64,000 bases of DNA from Peptococcaceae bacterium BICA1-8. Lineage in GTDB: Bacteria > Bacillota > Peptococcia > Peptococcales > BICA1-8. The notes below the pieces were generated by a model that made no database searches, had not been told where the DNA came from, and saw only the letters and a list, made by a program, of their open reading frames with translations. Within the stretch, counting starts at the first letter, position 1, and each line of letters begins with the position of its first letter. Location of the stretch: the NCBI GenBank assembly GCA_000802045.1, contig JUEF01000126.1:8607-72606 (forward strand), given 5' to 3'. Below, piece after piece: positions 1 through 10,009 of the stretch. A program made the position numbers and the translations under genes.

Positions 1-1
1 A

Positions 2-1858
2 TTTGAAGAAGTTCTCCGGCTTCAGAATGCTGAGATAAAAGACTTTTTATGCAATACTGCAGTTTTAGGTCGGATGTGTGCTACTTTGTGTGATGAATTA
101 ACAGGAAGGAATGACAGTAAAAACATACTTATTAGCTTAGAGCAGACCAATCTTTTTTTAATACCTCTGGATGAGAACCGCCAATGGTATCGTTATCATC
201 ATCTTTTTGCTGATTTTCTACGTACAGAGTTAGAGAAAGACCAAGAAACAAGCTTGCATCAAAAAGCCTCTCAGTGGTTTGAGGTCAATGGTTATAAGGC
301 TGAAGCTATAGAACATTCACTGTCCGCAGGAGATGTTGATAATGCCGTTAGACAAATAAAAGAACAAACTAACAGCAGCCTGATAAATGGAGAATTATAT
401 ACCCTTATTGGGTGGCTGGATTCTTTACCTGAAAACTTGGTTCAAAATGACAGTGAGCTCTGTTCATATAAAGCCTGTGCTTATTTTTTGGTGGCTCAAA
501 TAGATAAAGCCCTATATTATATAAATGCTTTTCGGCAATTAAAGCAGGTAGATAGGCTAAATGACGGCAGGGTTAGAGCTCTGGAAGCATGGTTTGCTAA
601 TATTCGTGAGGAAAAGAAAACCATAGAATTAGCCGAGGAAGCCATTGCCTTAATGGCTGATAAGGACCTGGGCTTGAAGGTTTTCGGCCTTGTTGCTTTA
701 GCCCAAGCCCAAAGAAATATAGGTAATTTAGATGAATCCACCGAGGCCTTTAGGGAGGCTTTAAAAATTAGTATCAATGAGGGATACTCCCTGTCAGTTT
801 GTACTGTATCCATGGACTTGGTCTATAATTACTATTTTAAGGGCAATTTACAGGAGGCCATACAATTATGTTTGGATATTTTACAAGGGAAATCTACTGA
901 AAATAAACCTTTGCCGGAGGCAGGAATTCTTAATATTCCTCTTAGTCTTTTTTATTATGAGACTAACCGATTAAAACTGGCCGAGGAAACTGTTCATAAA
1001 GCAATAGATGCATGCCGGAGAATGGCCATGAGTAAAATTTTCGGCGGAGATGCAGAAAGAACCCTGGCCCGAATCCGATATTTACAGGGTTGTCCGGAGG
1101 AGGCTTTTACTATTTTGCAGGAGGGTAATGAGGGGGCCAAGGCTTCCGGCTTGCCCATAGCTGTCTTAAGGTTTGAAGCAACCCAGGCAGATTTAATGCT
1201 TAGATTGGGGAAAGTACACGGGGTTGAACAATGGATTAAGAAAAGCGGGTTATCCCTTGAGGGTGAGATAACTTCATTAAAGGAACAGCCTTATATTGTC
1301 TATGTAAGGTTCCTCCTCGCCCAAAAACTCTGGGCGGAAGCTCATGCACTTTTAGCAAAGCTTGAAGAGTTTTCACGGGGGCAGAGAAAAGGACGTTTGA
1401 TTAGTATCTTGGTTTTAAAAGCTATTTTAAATAATGCCCTTGGTGATGCTGATGAAGTAAAGAAGAACTTAGGGGAGGCTGTAAGCATTGCTGCCCCGCA
1501 AAATTTCCAGCGTTCATTTCTTGAAGAGGGAGAGCAGGTATTATATATGCTGCCTTTAGTACAAGATTCAGCTCTTCAATTTGTTGCCGGCCTGATTGAG
1601 GATTTCCATTTGGAGTTAAAATTAGGTCCTGAAGCATCAAAAAGACAGGTAGTTTCAGGGCTTATAGAGCCCCTAAGCACAAGGGAAATTGAAGTCTTGA
1701 GTTTAATTTCCCAAGGACTATCCAACGCAGACATTACCCGTAAGTTATATATTAGTCTGGGAACGGTTAAGTGGCATATTAACCATATCTTTGCCAAACT
1801 AGGGGTTAAAAACAGGACTCAAGCAATTAACAAAGCAAAAGAATTAGAAATAATCTGA
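2..1858 (+). CDS. MalT-like LuxR-family transcriptional regulator (5' part outside window)
   Basis: Frame open from position 2; WYRYHHLFADFL MalT-like motif, TPR-like middle, C-terminal LuxR HTH (LSTREIEVL...GLSNADI...TVKWHINHIFAKLGV). Confidence 0.9.
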   Translation, partial: FEEVLRLQNAEIKDFLCNTAVLGRMCATLCDELTGRNDSKNILISLEQTNLFLIPLDENRQWYRYHHLFADFLRTELEKDQETSLHQKASQWFEVNGYKAEAIEHSLSAGDVDNAVRQIKEQTNSSLINGELYTLIGWLDSLPENLVQNDSELCSYKACAYFLVAQIDKALYYINAFRQLKQVDRLNDGRVRALEAWFANIREEKKTIELAEEAIALMADKDLGLKVFGLVALAQAQRNIGNLDESTEAFREALKISINEGYSLSVCTVSMDLVYNYYFKGNLQEAIQLCLDILQGKSTENKPLPEAGILNIPLSLFYYETNRLKLAEETVHKAIDACRRMAMSKIFGGDAERTLARIRYLQGCPEEAFTILQEGNEGAKASGLPIAVLRFEATQADLMLRLGKVHGVEQWIKKSGLSLEGEITSLKEQPYIVYVRFLLAQKLWAEAHALLAKLEEFSRGQRKGRLISILVLKAILNNALGDADEVKKNLGEAVSIAAPQNFQRSFLEEGEQVLYMLPLVQDSALQFVAGLIEDFHLELKLGPEASKRQVVSGLIEPLSTREIEVLSLISQGLSNADITRKLYISLGTVKWHINHIFAKLGVKNRTQAINKAKELEII

Positions 1859-1888
1859 GAGCTGCTATATCTAGCAGTTCTTTTTATT
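1859..1888 (+). terminator. Intrinsic terminator
   Basis: GAGCTGCTA-tatc-TAGCAGTTC stem followed by T-run. Confidence 0.7.
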
Positions 1889-1982
1889 TACCTAACCTTA
1901 AAACTGAACTTTAGTTAGGCTTCAACCTAACCTATTGGCTGTTATAAATATAGTGTAAAGAGTTAACAAGGAGGCTGTTGAA

Positions 1983-2183
1983 ATGACTAATTACGAGATT
2001 GTAATACAAGGTCATATTGATACACGGAGATTTCGGGATATGGCTAAAATTGAGTTTGAGTACCTTCCCAATGGTGAAACCAAAATCACCTGTCTGCAGT
2101 TTGATCAGGCAGCTTTGCACGCTGTGTTAACAAAAATTTATGATTTGGGATTAAATTTGCAAAGCTTAAACGAATTGAGGTGA
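1983..2183 (+). CDS. Small conserved hypothetical protein (ACT-like; YEIxxxGH...DQAALH)
   Basis: AGGAGG RBS; motif typical of small proteins found beside MalT-like LuxR genes. Confidence 0.7.
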   Translation: MTNYEIVIQGHIDTRRFRDMAKIEFEYLPNGETKITCLQFDQAALHAVLTKIYDLGLNLQSLNELR

Positions 2184-2268
2184 AACATTAGGTGAAATAT
2201 GGCACTAGGCATAGGGTTTAAGTGGGGCAATAAATTAAAAATATAATTATAGGAGGAGAGTAAAGATA

Positions 2269-3228
2269 ATGAAGAATAGAATAATAGCTCTGGCAGTCAT
2301 AGTATTTATTGTATTAACAGTTATGGTATTAATCAAATATCAAAAAGATATGCAGGTATCCTATGAGCGGGTTCAAGGAAAGAGTAGAATTGTCTCTACG
2401 TCTTATGGAAATGTTGAATATACTGAGGTTGGAGCTGGTCCTGATGTTTTAGTAATCCATGGGGGTGGCGGCGGTTATGACCAGGGAGAGTTGCTTGCCC
2501 AAGCAGTTTTGGGTGATGAGTTTAGATGGATTGCACCTTCCCGTTTTGGTTATTTGGGGTCAAGTCTTCCTGAAGGGGCTACTTATGATGATCAGGCTCA
2601 TGCTTATGCAGAACTGCTAGATCATCTTAAAGTTGAAAAGGTTTCAGTTGTCGCCTTATCAGCTGGTGGGCCTTCAGCCCTTACTTTTGCCCTTCTTCAT
2701 CCTGAACGGATTTCTTCCCTCACTCTCATTTCAGCCGGGGCTACAAATGTATTAGAACAAGAGGGAAAACAGGGTGTAAAACAAGGCAAGATGTTATCAA
2801 ACATAATACAAAATGATTTTCTCTACTGGGGTACGACAAAGCTATTTAAGAATCAGTTTATGCAGTTAATGGGAGCCAACAAAGAAGTGATAGCAGATCT
2901 CAGCACCCAGCAATTGGAATTTATGGACCAATTCATTGATTATATGAATCCTGCTGCGCTGCGAAAGTCCGGTGCTGTTTTTGATCACTATGCTAAATTG
3001 CCTAATGAGCGAATTGCTGGAATCAGCACACCTACTTTGGTCGTGCATGCTCAAGATGACACTCTACAGCCGTATCAGAATGCTGTTTTTGCATCTTCTA
3101 CCATTCCAGGTGCACGCTTGCTTAGTTTTGAAAAAGGTGGGCATTTCGTTGTGGCCATAGAAGAGTCGATTATCCGCAAGGAGGTATGCAACCACATTTC
3201 TAATCCTGTACCCGTAACAAAGAATTAA
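2269..3228 (+). CDS. Alpha/beta-fold hydrolase with N-terminal membrane anchor
   Basis: HGGGGG oxyanion region, ALSAGG nucleophile elbow, C-terminal GGH. Confidence 0.85.
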   Translation: MKNRIIALAVIVFIVLTVMVLIKYQKDMQVSYERVQGKSRIVSTSYGNVEYTEVGAGPDVLVIHGGGGGYDQGELLAQAVLGDEFRWIAPSRFGYLGSSLPEGATYDDQAHAYAELLDHLKVEKVSVVALSAGGPSALTFALLHPERISSLTLISAGATNVLEQEGKQGVKQGKMLSNIIQNDFLYWGTTKLFKNQFMQLMGANKEVIADLSTQQLEFMDQFIDYMNPAALRKSGAVFDHYAKLPNERIAGISTPTLVVHAQDDTLQPYQNAVFASSTIPGARLLSFEKGGHFVVAIEESIIRKEVCNHISNPVPVTKN

Positions 3229-3334
3229 TAACTATAGGCGAGGATTGGTTTGCTAAATGGCCTATCACGGTTACTTTAGGAGGCTTGCTTATAGAATAAC
3301 AAGGGGATACAGGAAAATAGGAGAATAGGCATTT

Positions 3335-3362
3335 GACTGTTGACAAGGCTTTGTCGACAGTC
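3335..3362. repeat. Palindrome resembling fused IS1182-family terminal inverted repeats
   Basis: GACTGTTGACAA-ggct-TTGTCGACAGTC; no transposase nearby. Confidence 0.4.
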
Positions 3363-3405
3363 CTTTTGCGTGGTGGTAGTTAAATATGGTAAATTAAAAC
3401 AAGTT

Positions 3406-3422
3406 GGGGCGGTTCTTGACTT
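3406..3422 (+). repeat. Dispersed repeat GGG(A/G)CGGTTCTTGACTT, copy 1
   Basis: Matches copies at 3881 and 14013. Confidence 0.7.
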
Positions 3423-3523
3423 ACTCGGAAATGAAGGGTAGATCAAATTTTTTGCAATGGTTGATATAGATGGAACCTTTTTAAGTTATTTAAGTCAAAT
3501 AAAGAAGAGTGAGGAGGTTATTT

Positions 3524-3889
3524 ATGAATAGAAAAAAAATAATTGTTTATGTTACTTTTTTGTTACTCATACTTCTATTAGTCGGTTGTGGTAAAAGGGA
3601 AATCCATATTAGAGGTAATATTACTCAAATTGAAACAATTCAAAAGGGAATGACTTCAATACTTGTGGAAGGTGAAATAGAGCCAGATACATCCTTTGAT
3701 AAGGCCAGTATCGCGATAACAGAAAAAACAAAAATCTACCGGGGCAAAGAAAGGATATCGCTAGGGTCATTAGAGGGCGGCATAAAAGTAGAAGTGGAAA
3801 TTACAGGACCTGTCCGTGAATCTTATCCTGTTCAGGCTACAGCAAAAGCAGTATGGGTAATAGAGTGTGAATGTGAAGGGACAATTTAG
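3524..3889 (+). CDS. Lipoprotein, YobA/DUF3221-like
   Basis: GAGGAGG RBS before ATG 3524; lipobox LVGC; GPVRESYPVQATA motif. Confidence 0.75.
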   Translation: MNRKKIIVYVTFLLLILLLVGCGKREIHIRGNITQIETIQKGMTSILVEGEIEPDTSFDKASIAITEKTKIYRGKERISLGSLEGGIKVEVEITGPVRESYPVQATAKAVWVIECECEGTI

Positions 3890-3919
3890 GGACGGTTCTT
3901 GACTTGCGAAAAAAAACTA
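3881..3919 (+). repeat. Dispersed repeat, copy 2
   Basis: ACAATTTAGGGACGGTTCTTGACTTGCGAAAAA, overlaps the stop codon of the lipoprotein gene. Confidence 0.75.
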
Positions 3920-4016
3920 CATAAATTACCGATTGGAGGAGTGGTACAGGGGGAGAGGGCCTTTGTTCCATTCATGTGGAAGGTGATATAATGGGGATTA
4001 GAGGACTAGTATTAAC

Positions 4017-4038
4017 TAAGCATAAGCATAAGCATAAG
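4017..4038 (+). repeat. (TAAGCA)x3 microsatellite just upstream of RBS
   Basis: taagcataagcataagcataag. Confidence 0.7.
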
Positions 4039-4048
4039 GAGGAAGAGG

Positions 4049-4411
4049 ATGAATTTTATTGGTAATATTATTTGGTTAGTATTCGGTGGTATTATTGCTT
4101 TTATCTTATGGTCTATCGCAGGTCTGATTTTATGTGTAACAATTATTGGAATACCGTTTGGTATTCAATGTTTTAAAATTGCAAAATTTGTATTATGGCC
4201 ATTTGGAAAAGAAATAGAACTCGGTCATTTTGGAGCAGGAGGATTACTTTTCAATATTATTTGGCTTATCTTTTTTGGATGGGAGTTTGCTATAGCCCAT
4301 CTCGTAATAGGTGTAATATTTTGTATAACAATTATAGGTATACCATTTGGGCTACAGCATTTTAAATTTGCTCAGCTGGGTTTGATACCATTTGGTGCGA
4401 AAATACGCTAA
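4049..4411 (+). CDS. yccF: YccF domain inner-membrane protein
   Basis: Duplicated NIIWL.FGG...ITIIGIPFG...PFG motif. Confidence 0.9.
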   Translation: MNFIGNIIWLVFGGIIAFILWSIAGLILCVTIIGIPFGIQCFKIAKFVLWPFGKEIELGHFGAGGLLFNIIWLIFFGWEFAIAHLVIGVIFCITIIGIPFGLQHFKFAQLGLIPFGAKIR

Positions 4412-4654
4412 CATCATTTATCTAAAATCATCCATATTACGATGCTTCACAAAAAAAACAAGCAAAAATAACCGTGCCCGTTGCTTACCAGTACAAACTA
4501 GAATTGTTTCAAAAGCGGTTAATGAAACCTGGTTGGGGGAAAATGCTAAAACTTTTACTTATATTTTTTCTCATACTTTTTCCACAATTTCCTTACAGTT
4601 GTACCAAATTCTCTTCTTATACTAGGGACGTAAACCAAAAACAAAAAAGGAGAG

Positions 4655-5191
4655 ATGAAAATGAAAAAAGTATTCACAGTCTTATTAATGGGTTTATTGC
4701 TTGTTAATTTTGGAGGAAGTGTCTTTGCAGAGGAGGGCGAACTCATAAATCCGGAAGATCGGAGAGCCCAAAAAATGGAACAGCGTATGGAAAGAAGACA
4801 GATAAAATTAGATATAATGAAGGAATTCGTAGATGAATTACATACAATTAACGCTCTAAAAATGGAGAGCAATACCTTAAGAAATCAGGTTATTGGAAAG
4901 CATGATATTCTAATTGATTTATATATTGCAGCTCGAGAAGCCGATAACCAGGATGCCCTGCAAGAAGCAAAAGCTTTTAGAGAACAGATCAAGGAATTAA
5001 ATGACGAAATAAGGGATATTCAAAAACAAATTAATGATGCCAGAAACGCATTTAGAGATGAAGTTCAAAATGGGAATATTGCGGGGGCACAAGGGCACAT
5101 AAATTCAGTTATTGACTTATTAACTTTGCAAAATGGGAAAATAATAGGGAAGATAGAACTGTTAGCTCATATAATAGAAATATTATCATAG
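4655..5191 (+). CDS. Secreted coiled-coil hypothetical protein
   Basis: Signal peptide ending VFA; heptad-rich body; precedes a two-component system. Confidence 0.7.
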   Translation: MKMKKVFTVLLMGLLLVNFGGSVFAEEGELINPEDRRAQKMEQRMERRQIKLDIMKEFVDELHTINALKMESNTLRNQVIGKHDILIDLYIAAREADNQDALQEAKAFREQIKELNDEIRDIQKQINDARNAFRDEVQNGNIAGAQGHINSVIDLLTLQNGKIIGKIELLAHIIEILS

Positions 5192-5394
5192 TAAATCTTG
5201 AAAATTAGAACTGCCTCTATTTAGAGTTTAAATTGCTAATAATAATGGTTCCTAAATTCAGTAAGGGCATGATTTCATTCAGGAATCCTGCCCTTTAACA
5301 TATCCCGGCAATTATTGTTTAGGATTAATAAACTGAAAAGGGTTATTTATAAAGTTGAGAGAATATTGTAGAAAACACTATAGTGGGAGGAACC

Positions 5395-6072
5395 ATGAAG
5401 CATATTTTTGTTGTTGACGATGAACACAATATCAGAGACCTGATTAGAAAGTACTTAGAAATAGAGGGGTATAAGGTAACCTGTTTTTCCAGCGGACAAA
5501 ATGTTGCCCATGAAATAGAACGATTAAGGCCTGCTCTGATAATTATGGATATTATGATGCCGGGAATAGATGGCTTGGAGGTATGTCGGCAAATTCGCGC
5601 CAAAAGTGAGGTACCTATAATTTTTGTTTCCGCTAGGGATGAGGAGCTTGACAGAATACTTGGTTTAGAGATAGGTGCCGATGATTATCTAACTAAACCC
5701 TTTAGTCCCCGAGAGCTTCTAGTACGGATAAAAAATATTTTCCGCAGACTTGATAAGAGTGTTAATAAACAAAATGAGTTTCTGGAAATTAAGGATATCA
5801 TAATATACCCAGCGAGAAGATACATTGCCAAGGATAATCAGGAGCTAAAGTTGACCGCTAAAGAATACGAGTTGTTTGAATTCTTGGTAAAAAATAAAAA
5901 GATGGCCTTTAGTAGAGAACAACTACTGGAAAAAGTATGGGGATATGATTTTTTAGGCGATGATAGGATTATTGATGACTTAATAAAAAGGATTAGAAAG
6001 AAATTAAAGGATCTAAACTCCTTGCTGGAGGTCACTACAGTTTGGGGCTATGGGTACAGAATAGATGATTAA
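5395..6072 (+). CDS. OmpR-family response regulator
   Basis: VVDDE, MDIMMP, GADDYLTKPF, TVWGYGY; ATG 5395 after GGAGG. Confidence 0.95.
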   Translation: MKHIFVVDDEHNIRDLIRKYLEIEGYKVTCFSSGQNVAHEIERLRPALIIMDIMMPGIDGLEVCRQIRAKSEVPIIFVSARDEELDRILGLEIGADDYLTKPFSPRELLVRIKNIFRRLDKSVNKQNEFLEIKDIIIYPARRYIAKDNQELKLTAKEYELFEFLVKNKKMAFSREQLLEKVWGYDFLGDDRIIDDLIKRIRKKLKDLNSLLEVTTVWGYGYRIDD

Positions 6073-7432
6073 GATAAATATTAAATCAAAGATATTTATT
6101 ACCTATCTACTAATCTTGATAATCACCTTTTTTGTTACTACAGTTTTATTTAATTTATTATCCCAGAGGTATTTAATAAGGGAGGCTAGACAGCAGCTCC
6201 GTCAGGAAGGCTTATTAATTGCCAAGACTTTAGAAAAAATCCCGTTAAAGGATGTAAATATTAGAGAAATCGTCACTGCCCGTAGAGAGCTTAAGTTAGT
6301 CGGCAGATTTTTGGAATCAAAGGTTTTAGTTTTAAATAATGAGCGCAGGGTGCTTTATACTAACCTGGAAGCGGGTGATAGAAGAGTTGTTGCTAATTTG
6401 ATAAGAGATGATAAAAATAGTATCATGGAAGGATTTGTTGTAGAAAGAATTCCTATTATGAAAAATAAGGAAGGAATAAATGGCCATGTGGTACTTCTAT
6501 CACAGGTGAAGGAAATTAAAAATATTAGTGAAATTTTCCGACGCACCCAGTTGTTAAGCATATTTATTGCGGGTTTGATTGCCCTAATAATCGGGTCAAT
6601 TTTGGGGCGAAGCTTAACAAAACCATTGGAGAATTTAATGAAATACATGATAGAGTTTTCCTTTAATAAACCTCAAAAACAGCTTTTAATCAAAACCGGT
6701 GATGAAATTGAAAAGTTGGCACTATGTTTTCATAAATTAGCTGAGAAGCTGAGAAATTACGATGAGTACCAGAAGAAATTCCTGCAAAACACCTCCCACG
6801 AGCTAAAAACCCCATTAATGTCCATTCAAGGCTACGCGGAAGCCATTAAAGACGGGGTAGTAGAGGGGAAGGAGGCAGAGGAAAGCTTGGATATTATTAT
6901 TGAAGAAAGTCAGCGTTTAAAAAAGGTGGTTGAAGAAATAATATACTTGACCAAGCTGGAAAATGCAGATGATACCTTTGAGTTAACTTATTTTAAAATT
7001 GGGCTTCTAGCAGAAGGAGTTGTTAAAAGCTTGAAAGCTTTGGCAGCGGAAAAACAAATTGATGTTGAAATCAAGGGTGACCTGGAGACAGGAGGATACT
7101 TTGACGAGGGAAAATTGCGAAGAGCCTTAATAAATATTATCGCCAACTGTTTAAGATATGCTAAAAGAAAAGTAATAATTGATTTGCTTAATAACGGATC
7201 TTATCTGAAAATTAAAATATTTGATGACGGACCCGGTCTTAAAGACGGAGAGGAAGAAAAGGTCTTTCACAGGTTTTATAAGGGTGAACAGGGAGGAACC
7301 GGCCTGGGTTTAGCCATAACCAGAGCCATCATTGAGGGACATGGTGGCAGTATAGAAGCATTTAAGAGAGAACCTACCGGGGCAGTTTTTGTTATTACTC
7401 TTCCCTTAAAGAGTAAAGAGGTTTGTAACTAA
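6065..7432 (+). CDS. HAMP-domain sensor histidine kinase
   Basis: Two TM segments, SHELKTP H-box, DDGPG and GTGLGL. Confidence 0.95.
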   Translation: MIKINIKSKIFITYLLILIITFFVTTVLFNLLSQRYLIREARQQLRQEGLLIAKTLEKIPLKDVNIREIVTARRELKLVGRFLESKVLVLNNERRVLYTNLEAGDRRVVANLIRDDKNSIMEGFVVERIPIMKNKEGINGHVVLLSQVKEIKNISEIFRRTQLLSIFIAGLIALIIGSILGRSLTKPLENLMKYMIEFSFNKPQKQLLIKTGDEIEKLALCFHKLAEKLRNYDEYQKKFLQNTSHELKTPLMSIQGYAEAIKDGVVEGKEAEESLDIIIEESQRLKKVVEEIIYLTKLENADDTFELTYFKIGLLAEGVVKSLKALAAEKQIDVEIKGDLETGGYFDEGKLRRALINIIANCLRYAKRKVIIDLLNNGSYLKIKIFDDGPGLKDGEEEKVFHRFYKGEQGGTGLGLAITRAIIEGHGGSIEAFKREPTGAVFVITLPLKSKEVCN

Positions 7433-7508
7433 CTATTAAAAAAGTCATGATATAATAGAAAGCAAAATACGCTATTTTTCAAAATTAGCTGGAAGGACCT
7501 TTCATAAA

Positions 7509-8873
7509 ATGAATAGAAAACATCTCGTTCAAATAACCATTTTTACTTTTGCCATATTTCAGGTTGTTTACTACTTCTATCCCTCTGAGTTTATTTTTTA
7601 TTTAAGTATTATAGTTTTACTTTATGTATTGTCCCAAGCTATGATTAATATGCCGAAAATTAATAAAAGTGTATGCATCGGTTTGTTTATACTAGGTTCT
7701 GCCTTAATGATTTATGCAGATGCTGCGCCAGCAGTCTGGATCAAAGGTCTTGGGAAAAATGGTTTGCTTATTGCACTTTTTGTTTGTGCACCTATGCTTA
7801 ATATACCTTTTACCTATGAAGACTATCAATCAGAGCTAAAAAATATAGCCAAAGTTTATTTACATACTATGATACCCTTCTATTTATTGATCTCAATTCC
7901 AACCCATATCTTTGCTGCACTAACTGGTTTTGCAGCATTTGTAATTATGTATAATCTATTCCAGGAAACCAGCAAGCTTTATAATTCTGAAGATATTTTT
8001 ATTGCCACCTTAGGGCGTAGCTACGCGTCCTCCGGTTTCTGGGGGAGTTCTTGGGTTTCCGTGCTTCTGGTTGTTTCAGAATTAGGAATTCCCTGGTATC
8101 GGATTATTCCCATTGGTATGATTTTCACGGTTGTATCCATATCCATCAACCTTATCAGTATTAAAATAAAGATGTTTAAGGAGCCAAAACGTTACCCCCG
8201 GTTGCAACCAGACAAAGAAGCTGTGGTGGATTGGAGTAAAATTTTTACGGCGCTTAGCTTGGCTATTCTGATCGTGTTCATTACTCTTACTATTAATATT
8301 TATACTGGCTGGAAACTTTTATCTATCATTCCGCTGGTAGCATGCGCATTTCCCCTAGCAGTAGCCTTGGTTCAAAAGAAAATGCCAGAATATACAAATG
8401 GTCTTAAAAGCTATTATGAGAATTCCCTTTATAAAAGCCAAACGGAGGTTACACTTTTCACTGCAGCTGGATTTCTTGCAACTGCTCTCGAAATATCCGG
8501 GGTTAGCGCTTTAATCCCTAAGATAATTCCTGATTTTTTGATTAATTATCCGCCACTGCTTATTGGCTCCCTCATGCTGCTAGTAATTATTCCCGGTCAG
8601 ATGGGAATTCATCCGGTGGCAACAGGAACAGCTATGGTAGTAGCAATCGTGCCAGCTTCAATTGGTTTAGCTGTACCGACCTTCGCCTGGACGATCATCT
8701 GCGCATGGTTGCTTTCAAATATGCTTTCTCCCTTTTCTGCTCTAAATCTGACTCTTTCCGGGCTGGCAGGTCGTCCTTCTTGGGAAGTGGGTTTGGGGTT
8801 AAGCTGGCGTTATGGTCTGGTCTGCTTAATTGTTTATAGCCTAATGGTTAGCGTAATTGGACCTATGTTATAA
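7509..8873 (+). CDS. Multi-pass membrane protein, possible transporter
   Basis: About 11-12 hydrophobic segments; family not recognised. Confidence 0.6.
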   Translation: MNRKHLVQITIFTFAIFQVVYYFYPSEFIFYLSIIVLLYVLSQAMINMPKINKSVCIGLFILGSALMIYADAAPAVWIKGLGKNGLLIALFVCAPMLNIPFTYEDYQSELKNIAKVYLHTMIPFYLLISIPTHIFAALTGFAAFVIMYNLFQETSKLYNSEDIFIATLGRSYASSGFWGSSWVSVLLVVSELGIPWYRIIPIGMIFTVVSISINLISIKIKMFKEPKRYPRLQPDKEAVVDWSKIFTALSLAILIVFITLTINIYTGWKLLSIIPLVACAFPLAVALVQKKMPEYTNGLKSYYENSLYKSQTEVTLFTAAGFLATALEISGVSALIPKIIPDFLINYPPLLIGSLMLLVIIPGQMGIHPVATGTAMVVAIVPASIGLAVPTFAWTIICAWLLSNMLSPFSALNLTLSGLAGRPSWEVGLGLSWRYGLVCLIVYSLMVSVIGPML

Positions 8874-9008
8874 AGATGATTACCTGAAGATATCAATGAA
8901 GGCTTAACAACTATCAATATTTTGGGGAAGTATTAATGACTATCAGGGATGGAGAGATTAAGTACTCAGCTAAGTAAAATTAATTTTGAGTTTTATAGGA
9001 GGGTAATT

Positions 9009-9929
9009 ATGAAGGCTATTTCCATTTTAGGTTGGATTTTGCGTTTTATTGTACTTGTCGTGTTGTTCAACGTTTTTTTCATCGGTGGGTCACAGGCTGT
9101 TTCTGGACTAATACCAAATATTAATTCAGAGCCAGGGCTTGTATCGGCTGTAACTGGTATTTTAGTTATTGGTATTTTCAACACACTACTTGTGATGGGG
9201 CTGGTTTTAAGCTCCCGCTGGAGAGGCTGGAAACTAGCCTTAGGATTGTCCTTTGCCTATTATGGTGCAGTGACATTCATAATGCAGATTGAAACATGGT
9301 ATTTCCTGACTAATATTACGGTTGGAGCGCAACTCTTACCGCGTTTGTTTATTATGGGTATTCCGACCGCGTTCCTCTTTGTTCCACTGGGGGTATGGGT
9401 TTTGGGTAAAAGCCGTGGAAAGGACGACGATATAGCGTCTAATCCAGCACTTATCATGCCTGTGAAACAGTGGGCATTAAAGTTGGTCTTTATCGCTATG
9501 GCCTATCTTGCCCTGTATTGGAGTGCTGGATATTTCATTGCCTGGCAAAACCCGGAATTGCGTTCTTTTTATGGGAGCCCGGGAGAAATTCTGCCTTTTT
9601 GGACGCATACTATCAATACCTTGCAGATAGATCCTTGGTTATTCCCCTTCCAGATTCTTCGCGCCTTAGTTTGGACGTTGTGCGCTTTGCCGGTTATTCG
9701 TGGTTCAAAGATCAATGCATGGTGGACTGCCATCCTTGTAGGTCTACTCTTCAGTATTCCGCAGAATATTGGACACATTATGGAAAACCCACTTATTCCA
9801 ATTGCAAGCATACGCATGAGTCACATGATAGAGACTTTTTCCTCCACATTTATTTTTGGTCTGATCGTAGTATGGATGCTACATCGTGAGCACAAGTCGG
9901 TAAGTGATTTGTTGGGAATAGACCATTAA
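9009..9929 (+). CDS. Hypothetical integral membrane protein
   Basis: AGGAGG before ATG 9009; about 8 TM segments. Confidence 0.65.
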   Translation: MKAISILGWILRFIVLVVLFNVFFIGGSQAVSGLIPNINSEPGLVSAVTGILVIGIFNTLLVMGLVLSSRWRGWKLALGLSFAYYGAVTFIMQIETWYFLTNITVGAQLLPRLFIMGIPTAFLFVPLGVWVLGKSRGKDDDIASNPALIMPVKQWALKLVFIAMAYLALYWSAGYFIAWQNPELRSFYGSPGEILPFWTHTINTLQIDPWLFPFQILRALVWTLCALPVIRGSKINAWWTAILVGLLFSIPQNIGHIMENPLIPIASIRMSHMIETFSSTFIFGLIVVWMLHREHKSVSDLLGIDH

Positions 9930-10009
9930 ATTCTTTAATAATGAACATTAGCAGGAAAAAGAATAACAGCAGCAAGGAATATTTATTGTGGGATTGTGAG
10001 GTGATGGAT

